From the IMG/VR virus record IMGVR_UViG_3300021472_000137: 26,381 bases of DNA, one strand, 5' to 3'. This document shows, in pieces, positions 7,865 to 15,914 of this stretch (position 1 is the stretch's first letter; each line of letters starts with the position of its first letter). A program made the position numbers and the translations under genes. A model generated the notes under the pieces. It made no database searches and was not told the origin of the DNA. It saw only the letters and a list, made by a program, of their open reading frames with translations. The stretch is from a virus.

Positions 7865-8694
7865 ACGATTCCCGCTCTGACACGCATCCAGAGCTCTTCG
7901 TCATGCGCCCTCGTCATTCTACCTAAGAGCATTCGCAGATAGTCGGTGAGTTTCGCCCTCTCGTAAGTGAATCTCCACTCTGCCGTCGCAGACGGCGTGT
8001 ATATCAAACGCAGTTCGTCCTCCGCAATCACATATAGTTCAACATCTGATGCGCCGCATGCTCGTCCATCCAAAGTGCATATATCCTTTCCGTCAACGGT
8101 TATCTGCAGCATCGCATCTGTTGGAATCTGCACGCTCCGCAGGATTATAACCTCATCGGAGAGCGGGAAAATTGACACAGGCGCAGTGGAAGAATCGCTT
8201 CTCGCCACTGTCGCCCTTCTCTTTGTCTTTGTTATTCGCTTCACGAAGACATCAAACGGCAGAGGCAGTGTTCCTTGCTCTATGCTCTCCTCCACATTCA
8301 TCGTCTCTGCAATCTCTCTCTCTTCGTCGGTGAGCGTCATGTCGAAGAGCATTTTATGTGCAACGGTCGGCTTCTGCCATACCTGCGAGCAGAGAAGCGT
8401 GTAATTCGTCACTGATGCGGACGCAACCGCCTTTATCTCAAAAAGGGAAAAAGCGTAAAGGTAGAAATCGTTGCCCAAGTTTGTCGTCAGCGTCTCTTCT
8501 TTCCACACATCTGCTTGAATTCTTAGCGACACATTTGCGTTTTCTGCTGCAACGATTTTATCAACGATGAGCAGCTTGTCCTGCAGCTCTTTCTTCAGCG
8601 AAATCAGCGAACCAATCCCAGCACTCAGATTCTTCACTACCGTTTCTGCGAGTTTCACAGGATAGTTTGAGATGGCTGAAACTACGACGCTCAT
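7861..8694 (-). CDS. Putative minor capsid protein (two beta-rich halves)
   Basis: 277 aa; two beta-rich domains joined by helical KPTVAHK...LTDEEREIA; in capsid operon. Confidence 0.5.
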   Translation of the reverse strand: MSVVVSAISNYPVKLAETVVKNLSAGIGSLISLKKELQDKLLIVDKIVAAENANVSLRIQADVWKEETLTTNLGNDFYLYAFSLFEIKAVASASVTNYTLLCSQVWQKPTVAHKMLFDMTLTDEEREIAETMNVEESIEQGTLPLPFDVFVKRITKTKRRATVARSDSSTAPVSIFPLSDEVIILRSVQIPTDAMLQITVDGKDICTLDGRACGASDVELYVIAEDELRLIYTPSATAEWRFTYERAKLTDYLRMLLGRMTRAHDEELWMRVRAGIV

Positions 8695-8990
8695 TCTACC
8701 GCCACTTTTTCACCCACGACCTCCACTTGCAACACGAGTATATCATTTACGGTCATTCCCGTGTCCAAATACAGCTTGAACTTGTTCGTCGCCGTGAGTT
8801 GTATCTCACCGTTTGAATCTGGAGTAGTTGAGACTACCGTCAGCGCCGTCCGAGATGCTGATGCCGCAACGAACAGGTCTCCCGCTATGATGGATGCGAG
8901 TGGCGGTGCGTTTGAGAGCGTGACTTCCGTTGCCTCCCCGTCATTTGTCGTTTTACCCATGATGACAAGCGTCCTCATCTTTCTGCTCAC
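8691..8990 (-). CDS. Small beta-rich structural protein
   Basis: 99 aa immediately after MCP; GGAGGGGGTGA SD. Confidence 0.65.
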   Translation of the reverse strand: MSRKMRTLVIMGKTTNDGEATEVTLSNAPPLASIIAGDLFVAASASRTALTVVSTTPDSNGEIQLTATNKFKLYLDTGMTVNDILVLQVEVVGEKVAVE

Positions 8991-9019
8991 CCCCTCCTTT
9001 TCTCGCTCCTTCTCACGAC

Positions 9020-10072
9020 TTACAACGACACATGGATGCCCTGAATCGCCACGACGATGCTATCTGCGGAGATTGAAGTCCCGTCGTCCTGCACGAACAC
9101 TCTACCCTTCTCGTCATGAATCAGGAAGCCCCAGTTCAGGCGTGGCACCGCATAGAATATCGGCATGTCCTGCGGGAACAGCGGGTAGCCATGACCGAAG
9201 TGCAACGGATGCGCAACGGGATAATCCACTCTGAATCCCTCATTGGCAGGGTATTTCACCGTTCCTATCTTGATGCCTGCGTATTTCAGATGCTCAACGC
9301 TTCTCACGCCAAGCGACTGAATGAACACTGCCTCGCTGGCGTCTAAATCAAAGAAGAGGTTTTCTTCTGGCGTCTCAACCTCGTCCCCCTTGTGTGAGAA
9401 CTCATACTCTCTGTTTGCAGTCGTTGCGGAGGCGTTGTAGGCGAACCTCACGAGTGGAAAGACAACCGGCTTCGCTTGCCTCACGCCACCGACCATCTCG
9501 TCCCAGTGCTCTATTGAGACATCAATCGCATCTTTGGTGACATCCAGCGAGATTCCTCGGTTCCTATCCACAATCGTCGCAGGGTCGGTGTATGCTCTGT
9601 CGCCGAAAATGCGACGCAAATGTTCCTCTTCTTCGTATAAATAGCCATAGATGCGAATTCTGAACGAAGATGTGACTGCTGAATCGCCTGCGAATGCCTT
9701 GATGCCGAAGCTCTTCTTCGCCTTGAGCGTTAAATTCATGAGCGGGTGCGTCTCCGCTATTGCTCCTGAACCGAACTGCCACACCGTATTATAGATGAAT
9801 GAGCGAGGCGGTGCGGTGTTGTGCCAGTAGTATGGATTTATGAGGACATATTGCCCCAAGTCCTGGCCGTCAATTATCAGCGTCAAGCGTCGCAAGTCGC
9901 CTGCTGTTCCTGAAGAAATCGGCGAGAACACTTCCACATGCGTTATCTCTGCGACTTGGTTGCTTTCCAGCGATGTCGTTTGTTCCCACTTGTCGCCTGC
10001 GTCCAAGTCGCCCTCACTGCTGTGGTCGTAATAGTAATCTGCCAACAGACATGGGTGCGCTCCTTCTGCCAT
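9020..10072 (-). CDS. Putative double-jelly-roll major capsid protein
   Basis: 350 aa (STIV/TKV4-type DJR size); two beta-rich halves with parallel patterns (EITHVEV..LTLIIDG..FRIRIYGY / FIQSLGV..AGIKIGT..IVVAIQGI); first gene of the structural operon with its own TATA. Confidence 0.72.
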   Translation of the reverse strand: MAEGAHPCLLADYYYDHSSEGDLDAGDKWEQTTSLESNQVAEITHVEVFSPISSGTAGDLRRLTLIIDGQDLGQYVLINPYYWHNTAPPRSFIYNTVWQFGSGAIAETHPLMNLTLKAKKSFGIKAFAGDSAVTSSFRIRIYGYLYEEEEHLRRIFGDRAYTDPATIVDRNRGISLDVTKDAIDVSIEHWDEMVGGVRQAKPVVFPLVRFAYNASATTANREYEFSHKGDEVETPEENLFFDLDASEAVFIQSLGVRSVEHLKYAGIKIGTVKYPANEGFRVDYPVAHPLHFGHGYPLFPQDMPIFYAVPRLNWGFLIHDEKGRVFVQDDGTSISADSIVVAIQGIHVSL

Positions 10073-10091
10073 ATTTTCACATCCGTAAGTC

Positions 10092-10118
10092 TATTTAAAT
10101 ACCCCTACGCTCTATATA
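10092..10118. promoter_or_regulatory. Divergent promoter region: TATTTAAATA (10092-10101) and TATATA (10113-10118)
   Basis: Between MCP start (10072) and RHH gene start (10133). Confidence 0.7.
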
Positions 10119-10132
10119 CTTTATGTAAGGCG

Positions 10133-10309
10133 ATGGTGCGGGTCAAAGCGGGGCGAAAGCAGGATTGGAGCAGGACGAAGCACCTCACGCTCACGGAGGA
10201 TTCATACTGGAAACTTCAGGAGCTCAAGGCGTGGCTCAAAGTCTCAACTTGGGAAGAACTCATTGACGAACTCTATAAGCGTGAGAAAAAACGCAGATTC
10301 GTCTTCTAA
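10133..10309 (+). CDS. RHH/antitoxin-fold DNA-binding protein, 58 aa (true start inside track ORF 9938-10309)
   Basis: TKHLTLTEDSYWKLQELKAWLKVSTWEELIDELY = beta-helix-helix RHH pattern. Confidence 0.7.
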   Translation: MVRVKAGRKQDWSRTKHLTLTEDSYWKLQELKAWLKVSTWEELIDELYKREKKRRFVF

Positions 10310-10344
10310 TTTTCGGTTTTGCTCGCTGCGACAAAAACCGAAAA
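10310..10344. terminator. Inverted repeat/hairpin after RHH gene
   Basis: TTTTCGGTTTT(GCTCGC) pairs with (GCGACA)AAAACCGAAAA; 11-bp perfect outer stem. Confidence 0.55.
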
Positions 10345-10383
10345 GGTTTTTAATCACTACTCTATATAGGGTAATGGTGGTGG

Positions 10384-10626
10384 GTGATGACGGGTGATGA
10401 CTCTGCGGTGATGCGGGGCAGGGAAGTGGCGAGCCCCGTCCACGAAGAAGGGAACGCCAGCGTGTTGGATGAGATAAGGCGGGAGGAAGCGGAGATAAGG
10501 GAGCTCTGCGATTACATCAAGGAGCACCTGAATTGTATAGATTGCACGACTGACGACCTCATAAATGTCGCAGAGCGCATCGTTACGAAGTTGCATGTGA
10601 TACGACAATTAGAAGAGAAGTTGTAA
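10384..10626 (+). CDS. Hypothetical helical protein
   Basis: GGTGGTGGGTG upstream; coiled-coil composition. Confidence 0.65.
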   Translation: MMTGDDSAVMRGREVASPVHEEGNASVLDEIRREEAEIRELCDYIKEHLNCIDCTTDDLINVAERIVTKLHVIRQLEEKL

Positions 10627-10640
10627 GGTGGTGATGGCGT

Positions 10641-11075
10641 ATGGGCGAGTCCTTACAAAATGTGCGTGCCGTTAAAGTCTCTCTTCCAGGGCGCTCAACG
10701 GGCATGGGCGCTTACACGCAGCATTACCTTTACAGCATTCGTCAGCAAAAGCGGTTAGAACCACATCGCACAGAGTGGTCAAGGACAGGAAGGCACTGGG
10801 AAGACATCTATTATCTTCTTCCAGGCAAGTATTTCCTTGCCATCAAGGACATTTCAAACAGCGGGAAGCACTACTGTCGCTATGCTCTCTTAAGAGTCTT
10901 CACGCCTGAAGAGTATAGAGAGAAAGTCAAGGATAAAGAGTATGTGATGCGGAACTTTGACCACTATTATCGCCACAACGCCTACGAAATCATTGACCTG
11001 CCATCAGAGCATCCGCCAGCTCCGTATGTTGAAGTCCCATGCGAGTGTTTGCGTGAAGAAAACGCAGAATATTAG
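10641..11075 (+). CDS. Hypothetical protein, 144 aa
   Basis: GGTGGTGA SD; internal duplicated motif SRTGRHWED / SNSGKHYCR. Confidence 0.8.
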   Translation: MGESLQNVRAVKVSLPGRSTGMGAYTQHYLYSIRQQKRLEPHRTEWSRTGRHWEDIYYLLPGKYFLAIKDISNSGKHYCRYALLRVFTPEEYREKVKDKEYVMRNFDHYYRHNAYEIIDLPSEHPPAPYVEVPCECLREENAEY

Positions 11076-11085
11076 GTGATGCGAG

Positions 11086-11331
11086 ATGCATGACTGTTCG
11101 GACTGCGAAGTCTTTAGGAAAGAGTGTGCGAACTGTCCGCTCCTTTATCCGAGAGCGCAGTGTAAGCAGCTCGGATGCTATGTCGTGGAGTGGTGTGAGC
11201 GTGTCGGATGCCCCGTTCTGAAGGAGAATCTTAAGTTGGATAGATATTGGGGTTGGGATGTATGTGTAGGAGGTGAGGAAAATGGAAGATGCGGAGGGGA
11301 GCATGGAGAAATCACAGGAGAGAACATTTGA
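11086..11331 (+). CDS. Cys-rich putative metal-binding protein
   Basis: CSDC, CANC and further Cys; GGTGATG SD. Confidence 0.6.
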   Translation: MHDCSDCEVFRKECANCPLLYPRAQCKQLGCYVVEWCERVGCPVLKENLKLDRYWGWDVCVGGEENGRCGGEHGEITGENI

Positions 11332-11536
11332 ACATAAAGTAGTGGAACTGGAGCAGTCAGCATTTCGCCTTCTCGCACTTATAAAGGAGTTGCACGGAAA
11401 CTTTTTGTCATACAAAGAGGGAGCAGGGAAGAAGGAGTATGTTGAGTTGGCAGCAATTCGGATAGTAGATGAAATCAAATACCTTTACAGAGCATTCAGC
11501 GATTTACAAACATCTGTAAGGAATTTACTGAAGTAG
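11282..11536 (+). CDS. Hypothetical helical protein
   Basis: ATG 11282 after GGAGGTGAGG. Confidence 0.7.
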   Translation: MEDAEGSMEKSQERTFEHKVVELEQSAFRLLALIKELHGNFLSYKEGAGKKEYVELAAIRIVDEIKYLYRAFSDLQTSVRNLLK

Positions 11537-11743
11537 GTGAGAAAGATGCTGGAGAAATTAGACAGAGTGCTTGAGCTATTGGTAGAAAGAGAGCGAACCT
11601 TTGATGAACTTAAGGCAGAGACCTCTCTTTCAGACGAAACACTCAACCTCGTCATAGATTTCTTCCTCGCTCACGACTTCGCCACGAAAGACAACAACCG
11701 CATAAGAATCACTGACAGCGGTAGAAAATTCCTTGAACTTTAA
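11537..11743 (+). CDS. Winged helix-turn-helix protein
   Basis: VLELLVERERTFDELKAETSLSDETLNLVIDFF...IRITDSGRKFLEL is a classic archaeal wHTH. Confidence 0.85.
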   Translation: MRKMLEKLDRVLELLVERERTFDELKAETSLSDETLNLVIDFFLAHDFATKDNNRIRITDSGRKFLEL

Positions 11744-12024
11744 TAGACTATCGCTTTTCTTTTTTTCCCTTTTTTCTCCGAACTGCTTCCTGTATCCTCG
11801 CCTTCCGTTGCACTCTCTTCTTTTGTCGCCTTCAACGCCTCGTTTATCTCTGCGAGTGCTGCACTCTTTAGTTTCTCCGCCATCTTCTCATCATCGCTTT
11901 CTTCCGCAAGCACATAAGCGAGCAGCGATGAAAGCACTCGCTCTTTCTGCTCTCCGCTCATTCTTCGCACACACTTCTTCAAGTTCCTCAAGGTGAAAAT
12001 CGCAGTCGTCTCAAGCAAATCCAT
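11740..12024 (-). CDS. Hypothetical protein
   Basis: End of minus-strand operon; convergent overlap with wHTH gene. Confidence 0.65.
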   Translation of the reverse strand: MDLLETTAIFTLRNLKKCVRRMSGEQKERVLSSLLAYVLAEESDDEKMAEKLKSAALAEINEALKATKEESATEGEDTGSSSEKKGKKRKAIVY

Positions 12025-12030
12025 CTTCTT

Positions 12031-12222
12031 TCACCTGTCCTTCTGTTTATCTATGCTTCTTGCCAGTATCGTCAGCAGCTCTACTTTCCTTCTTTCCCAC
12101 TCCAGCGTCGTTTCCATAAGCCTCATTAGCACCTCATATCTCATCCTCTCTAATTTTATCTGCTCCAGCTCTATTTGCTTCTCCAATACTTCCTTATCTT
12201 CATGCATTTCCATCCCCTCCAT
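12031..12222 (-). CDS. Small coiled-coil protein
   Basis: E/K/R/L heptads; operon position. Confidence 0.65.
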   Translation of the reverse strand: MEGMEMHEDKEVLEKQIELEQIKLERMRYEVLMRLMETTLEWERRKVELLTILARSIDKQKDR

Positions 12223-12820
12223 TCATCATCAGCACCGTCCTGAATATTTCCGCACCTCTTCCACGCCCTTTCTTCTTTTTCTTCTTATTCTTATTTTCAC
12301 TCTTCGGCGACTTGAACAAATCGTCAACATCACGCACAGAGTTCATCGCTATCTCAATTAATTCATCATCATCCGCTAAATAGCCCATCAGAAGCAATTC
12401 TGCGGGCGAGTAAAATCTCGTGAGTGCAATTTTACCCAATTTCTCCGTGAGCTTTCGCCCCTCCTCCTTCTCTTTCTTCTCACCATTTCCCTTCACGGCA
12501 GCAGCACGCATACGCATCTCCTTCGCCTTTTTCACATAATCCTTCAACTTATCATCCGCAACGATTTCTTCAACATTCGTCACATTCATATTTAAGCTGT
12601 TGCATATCTTGCACTCTTCTAACCTGCGAGCATATTTCAGCACTTCTTCCAGCGTGAACCTCTTATCGTAGAAGACACGAGCAGGCACGAACACATCTTC
12701 ATTCTCTAAATACCCAATTTCAACTTTCCACCCTCGCTCTGGCTCTTCTTTCGTCTCTACGATTTTCGCCTGCGGGAAAAATTCCACAATATATCCGTCT
12801 TCGGTTTCTCTGACCTTCAT
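12200..12820 (-). CDS. Hypothetical protein, long paralog
   Basis: N-terminal ~65 aa homologous to 12817-13059; CKIC; lysine-run C-terminus. Confidence 0.85.
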   Translation of the reverse strand: MKVRETEDGYIVEFFPQAKIVETKEEPERGWKVEIGYLENEDVFVPARVFYDKRFTLEEVLKYARRLEECKICNSLNMNVTNVEEIVADDKLKDYVKKAKEMRMRAAAVKGNGEKKEKEEGRKLTEKLGKIALTRFYSPAELLLMGYLADDDELIEIAMNSVRDVDDLFKSPKSENKNKKKKKKGRGRGAEIFRTVLMMNGGDGNA

Positions 12821-13059
12821 TCTCCCTCTCTTCTCTTAGCCAGCATCTCTCTCATGTATTTTTCTCCTCTCTCTGCGTATTTCCGCACTTCATCCAGCGA
12901 GTATCTTTTGTCGTAGAATACACGGGCAACAACAAGCCTATCTTCTAAATCCCCAATCTCCACCCACCATCCTATCTCTGGTTCTTCTCGCCTCTCCACC
13001 ACTTTCGCCTCTGGAAAGAACTCTACAATATATCCCTCCCCGGTCTCACGAATTTTCAT
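12817..13059 (-). CDS. Hypothetical protein, short paralog
   Basis: MKIRETGEGYIVEFFPEAKVVE..GWWVEIG..ARVFYDKRYSLDEV matches next gene. Confidence 0.85.
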   Translation of the reverse strand: MKIRETGEGYIVEFFPEAKVVERREEPEIGWWVEIGDLEDRLVVARVFYDKRYSLDEVRKYAERGEKYMREMLAKRREGE

Positions 13060-13072
13060 CTCTCACCGCCCC

Positions 13073-13237
13073 TTATCCAAAGTAAAAGTGAAAGTGTTTT
13101 CCGTTCTTCTCAAACGCTACTTCTAACTCGCTTGGGTTGTGGGTTTCTACTTTTATGTTTCTGCACCCCCATGTTGCCAACCCCTCTTTCAGTATTTGCC
13201 TTATCATTGCCAATGCTACAAGCTCATCTTCGTCCAT
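13073..13237 (-). CDS. Hypothetical 54-aa protein (not in ORF track)
   Basis: MDEDELVALAMIRQILKEGLATWGCRNIKVETHNPSELEVAFEKNGKHFHFYFG*; GGTGATGA SD. Confidence 0.65.
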   Translation of the reverse strand: MDEDELVALAMIRQILKEGLATWGCRNIKVETHNPSELEVAFEKNGKHFHFYFG

Positions 13238-13243
13238 CACTCA

Positions 13244-13366
13244 TCACCTATCTATCTTTAGCAGTTTTTCATCTTCTAACTCGCTTATCTCTTCCAAAGC
13301 TCTCGCTGCGATTTTTATCGCCTCTTCAATACCTTCCTTCTCCTCCTCTTCCTCTCTCATCTCCAT
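13244..13366 (-). CDS. Hypothetical 40-aa acidic protein (not in ORF track)
   Basis: MEMREEEEEKEGIEEAIKIAARALEEISELEDEKLLKIDR*; GGTGGTGA SD. Confidence 0.55.
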   Translation of the reverse strand: MEMREEEEEKEGIEEAIKIAARALEEISELEDEKLLKIDR

Positions 13367-13523
13367 CGCTCACCACCTTCTTAAACATCTTCCACGCATG
13401 CTCGTTTAGATATATTGTAATTGACTGATACTCATCATTGTAATCTATTGGAAGTTCATCGTCTGAATCATGCTCTTCCGCACACTGCAATATCTCCTTG
13501 AGTGCTTTGATGCTGAGTTTCAT
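13326..13523 (-). CDS. Hypothetical protein, 65 aa
   Basis: Operon position; plausible composition. Confidence 0.6.
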   Translation of the reverse strand: MKLSIKALKEILQCAEEHDSDDELPIDYNDEYQSITIYLNEHAWKMFKKVVSDGDERGRGGEGRY

Positions 13524-13525
13524 TT

Positions 13526-13699
13526 TTAACCCTCACGACCCTTTCCACGACCACGACCTCCGCCGAGACCGTGTCCTGGTCCTCCAAATCTACAACCGCC
13601 TCTGTTGCGTCCTCTTCTCATGCCCCCGGGCATCCCTTTACCACGACCACGACCATCGTGAGGTCTCTTCTCCCCTCTCGGATTCACATCCTCACTCAC
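13526..13699 (-). CDS. Gly/Arg-rich basic 57-aa protein (not in ORF track)
   Basis: GTG start 2 nt after previous stop; MSEDVNPRGEKRPHDGRGRGKGMPGGMRRGRNRGGCRFGGPGHGLGGGRGRGKGREG*. Confidence 0.7.
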   Translation of the reverse strand: MSEDVNPRGEKRPHDGRGRGKGMPGGMRRGRNRGGCRFGGPGHGLGGGRGRGKGREG

Positions 13700-13701
13700 T
13701 T

Positions 13702-15021
13702 TCACTCGCCTCCTCTTTCCCCCTCTTTTCTCTCTTCTTCCTCCTCTTCATCGCCAATTTCAATCTCTATGCCCTTTTCTTCCCCCCCTACCGACCCTAT
13801 CTCAAATCTGTCCTCTTCGTTCTCTTCTTCCTCTTCTTCTTCCTCATCGCTCTCATGATGCTTACTCCGCATCATCTCCAATAACTTCGCAATCGCCATG
13901 TCTCGCTCTCTCTTTCTACGCTCCCTCTCCAACTCTTTCTCCTTCTCCAAGCGTTCTAACTCCAATTCATGCTCAAACTTCTTCCTCTTGTAGTAATCTT
14001 CACCATCCCCCGAAGAAGAGGACGAGAGAATGTTCGTAAGCTCTTTCGCAGCATCCACATACTCCTTCAGATTTTGCATCACTCTCTTCGCCCTCTCAAT
14101 CTCACGCTCCTGCGAGCCACCGCCTCGCTCCTGCTCCAACCGCAGTATCGTCGCCCTCAACGAGGAAATCGCCTTATTCACCGACTCGCCCATCTCTTTC
14201 ACCGCCTTGCTCAGCAGCTCCACTTCTTCTCTCTTACCTTTCTCTTCGCCTTGCAGTTCTTGCAACTCCCGCCGTATCTCCAACAACTTCTTAATGTCTT
14301 CCACAGGGTCTCTCCTCGTCAGCGCCTCTCTCAATTGTCGCAGCTCCTCCCGCAGCTCTTCAATACCTCCGTCGTTCCGTCGCTCCTCACGGGCAATCTT
14401 CGCCAGTTTCTCCAACGCCTCTGCCAAATCCGTCACTGCCGTCTGCTGCTGTTGCTGTGCCTGCGGTGCGAAAAACGGGAAAAACGGCATCGTTGAGCGT
14501 GGTGCATTAAGCATCATTCCCAGTGCAAGAGCGAGCTCCTTGTTCTCGCTTAGCTCCTTCAGCAGCGCCTCTCGCTCTTCCTTCGTAGGCGCTAATGCGG
14601 TTATGAGCAGAGGTGCAGCAGATAAGTTCTGCCCTCCATCAGTGAAATTTCCGTTCTCCCCATGTTGTAATTTCTCCAATTCCCTTTTCACCTTCAACTC
14701 CTCCGCAGTCTCTTCAAGCATCTTTCGCCTCGCTCTCGCCAAATTCTTCCTTCGTATGTAATCAAGCAGTTCATCCTTATACTCTAATTCCTCCTGCGTG
14801 TGCAGCGTGAGCGTAAGTTCAGGCTCCTTCATTATCTCCTCCTCGTCGCTCATCGCAGGAAGACCCTCCCTGTTCAACCTCACTAATAAGAAATCACATT
14901 TATTAAAACATTCGGGACATTCAGGCTTCGTCTTCGCACCTTGAAACTCAAGTCCGCAGTTCAGACAAAGCCACCTCGCCCTCGTCTGCTGCGACGCCTT
15001 CTCCGATGAACTGCCCGCCAT
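13702..15021 (-). CDS. Zn-ribbon plus long coiled-coil protein with acidic tail, 439 aa
   Basis: CLNC...CPEC; extensive E/K/R/L heptads; central PFFPFF-AQAQQQQQ; poly-E C-terminus. Confidence 0.85.
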   Translation of the reverse strand: MAGSSSEKASQQTRARWLCLNCGLEFQGAKTKPECPECFNKCDFLLVRLNREGLPAMSDEEEIMKEPELTLTLHTQEELEYKDELLDYIRRKNLARARRKMLEETAEELKVKRELEKLQHGENGNFTDGGQNLSAAPLLITALAPTKEEREALLKELSENKELALALGMMLNAPRSTMPFFPFFAPQAQQQQQTAVTDLAEALEKLAKIAREERRNDGGIEELREELRQLREALTRRDPVEDIKKLLEIRRELQELQGEEKGKREEVELLSKAVKEMGESVNKAISSLRATILRLEQERGGGSQEREIERAKRVMQNLKEYVDAAKELTNILSSSSSGDGEDYYKRKKFEHELELERLEKEKELERERRKRERDMAIAKLLEMMRSKHHESDEEEEEEEENEEDRFEIGSVGGEEKGIEIEIGDEEEEEERKEGERGGE

Positions 15022-15144
15022 CTTTCTACTATAAGAACGCCGAACTCAAAAAACCGCAACACCCTTACATCAAACAAAAACGAAAACTCAAACGAAAAGA
15101 TAAGCACCGCAACAAAGAAATAATAAGAGAGACGAAGAAACTCC

Positions 15145-15465
15145 ATGAACCGAGAGCAGCACATCCGCCTCGCAGCGAAGGTTTTTGGCAATTCTCTTGC
15201 GGAGCAGTTCGCATTCATAAACGACATTTTAGACCACCCCTTCTGCGAGCTCTTTCACGAGAAGCATCGCCTCATTTTGCACGATGCCGACACTGTGAGA
15301 CTAATTGAGCGGCATTTCGGCACTTTGGCAGCAGCATTCGCAGCATTACACATCATCGCTGATTATCCTTCTCGCCTTCACGAGATTTATCATTCCCTTC
15401 CTCGCTCTGTTCGCTCTCTCTTGCCATCCGAGCAAACTCTGCGTCTTCTTGTCGCAAGCGTTTGA
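15145..15465 (+). CDS. Small His-rich helical protein, HD/metal-binding-like
   Basis: M-x-R-x-x-H...I-L-D-H-P...K-H-R-x-x-x-H...A-A-L-H-I-I-A-D spacing resembles small viral HD-like proteins. Confidence 0.6.
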   Translation: MNREQHIRLAAKVFGNSLAEQFAFINDILDHPFCELFHEKHRLILHDADTVRLIERHFGTLAAAFAALHIIADYPSRLHEIYHSLPRSVRSLLPSEQTLRLLVASV

Positions 15466-15793
15466 GAATGTTTTGAATAACTGTTATGACGCAAAATCTT
15501 GCAAAAAGCGTATCTCTCGGCTCTTCAATCCATCCTCGTGAATAGCTGTATTGTTTTGCTGCTTCAAAAGCAAGCGTCCATTTCGGTGCTAAGTGAATTC
15601 TTATGAGCTTTCGCTTCTGTGCGTAAAGCCTCTTGTAGCCCTTTCTGACTCCGCTTATGTAAGCCTGAAACAGCCGAAGACTGCTTTCAGGGTCGTCTCC
15701 CGCAATTTCTCTCAACCTTCCCGCCAATTCCTCCGCAGCTTTCGCCCCGAGCTTTTCCACCTCCTCAAGCGCCCTCTCCCTCTGCTCTTCCAT
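15353..15793 (-). CDS. Hypothetical protein, possible RHH-like C-terminal half
   Basis: ATG with upstream AATATAAAG TATA; KLIRIHLAPKWTLAF beta-helix pattern; first gene of minus operon. Confidence 0.7.
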   Translation of the reverse strand: MEEQRERALEEVEKLGAKAAEELAGRLREIAGDDPESSLRLFQAYISGVRKGYKRLYAQKRKLIRIHLAPKWTLAFEAAKQYSYSRGWIEEPRDTLFARFCVITVIQNILKRLRQEDAEFARMARESEQSEEGNDKSREGEKDNQR

Positions 15794-15914
15794 TTTTTAA
15801 TCTCTTTCTATTTGGAGAGCTTTCTTTATATTGTCTCTCCGCTTAAGTGCTTCTTTTTCTCAGAGAGCATTGAAAATGGGGAAGATTAAAAAGAGAGAGA
15901 TAGGCATAAGTGGC

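Noticed and set aside
9020-10072. Head-tail (HK97) virus interpretation
   Set aside because: No terminase, portal, tape-measure or tail-tube genes recognised; the main structural protein is beta-rich rather than HK97-like.
13132-14761. Long plus-strand ORFs rich in S/L/F (13132, 13137, 13498, 13571, 13969, 14030)
   Set aside because: They are antisense shadows of GA-rich minus-strand genes with good SD and coupling.
13702-15021. SMC/Rad50 ATPase call for the coiled-coil protein
   Set aside because: No Walker A, signature or Walker B motifs.
14961-15227. Minus ORF with a Phe-rich pseudo-TM segment
   Set aside because: Arises from the A-rich spacer 15030-15140, overlaps two better-supported genes and has no clear start signal; cannot be fully excluded.
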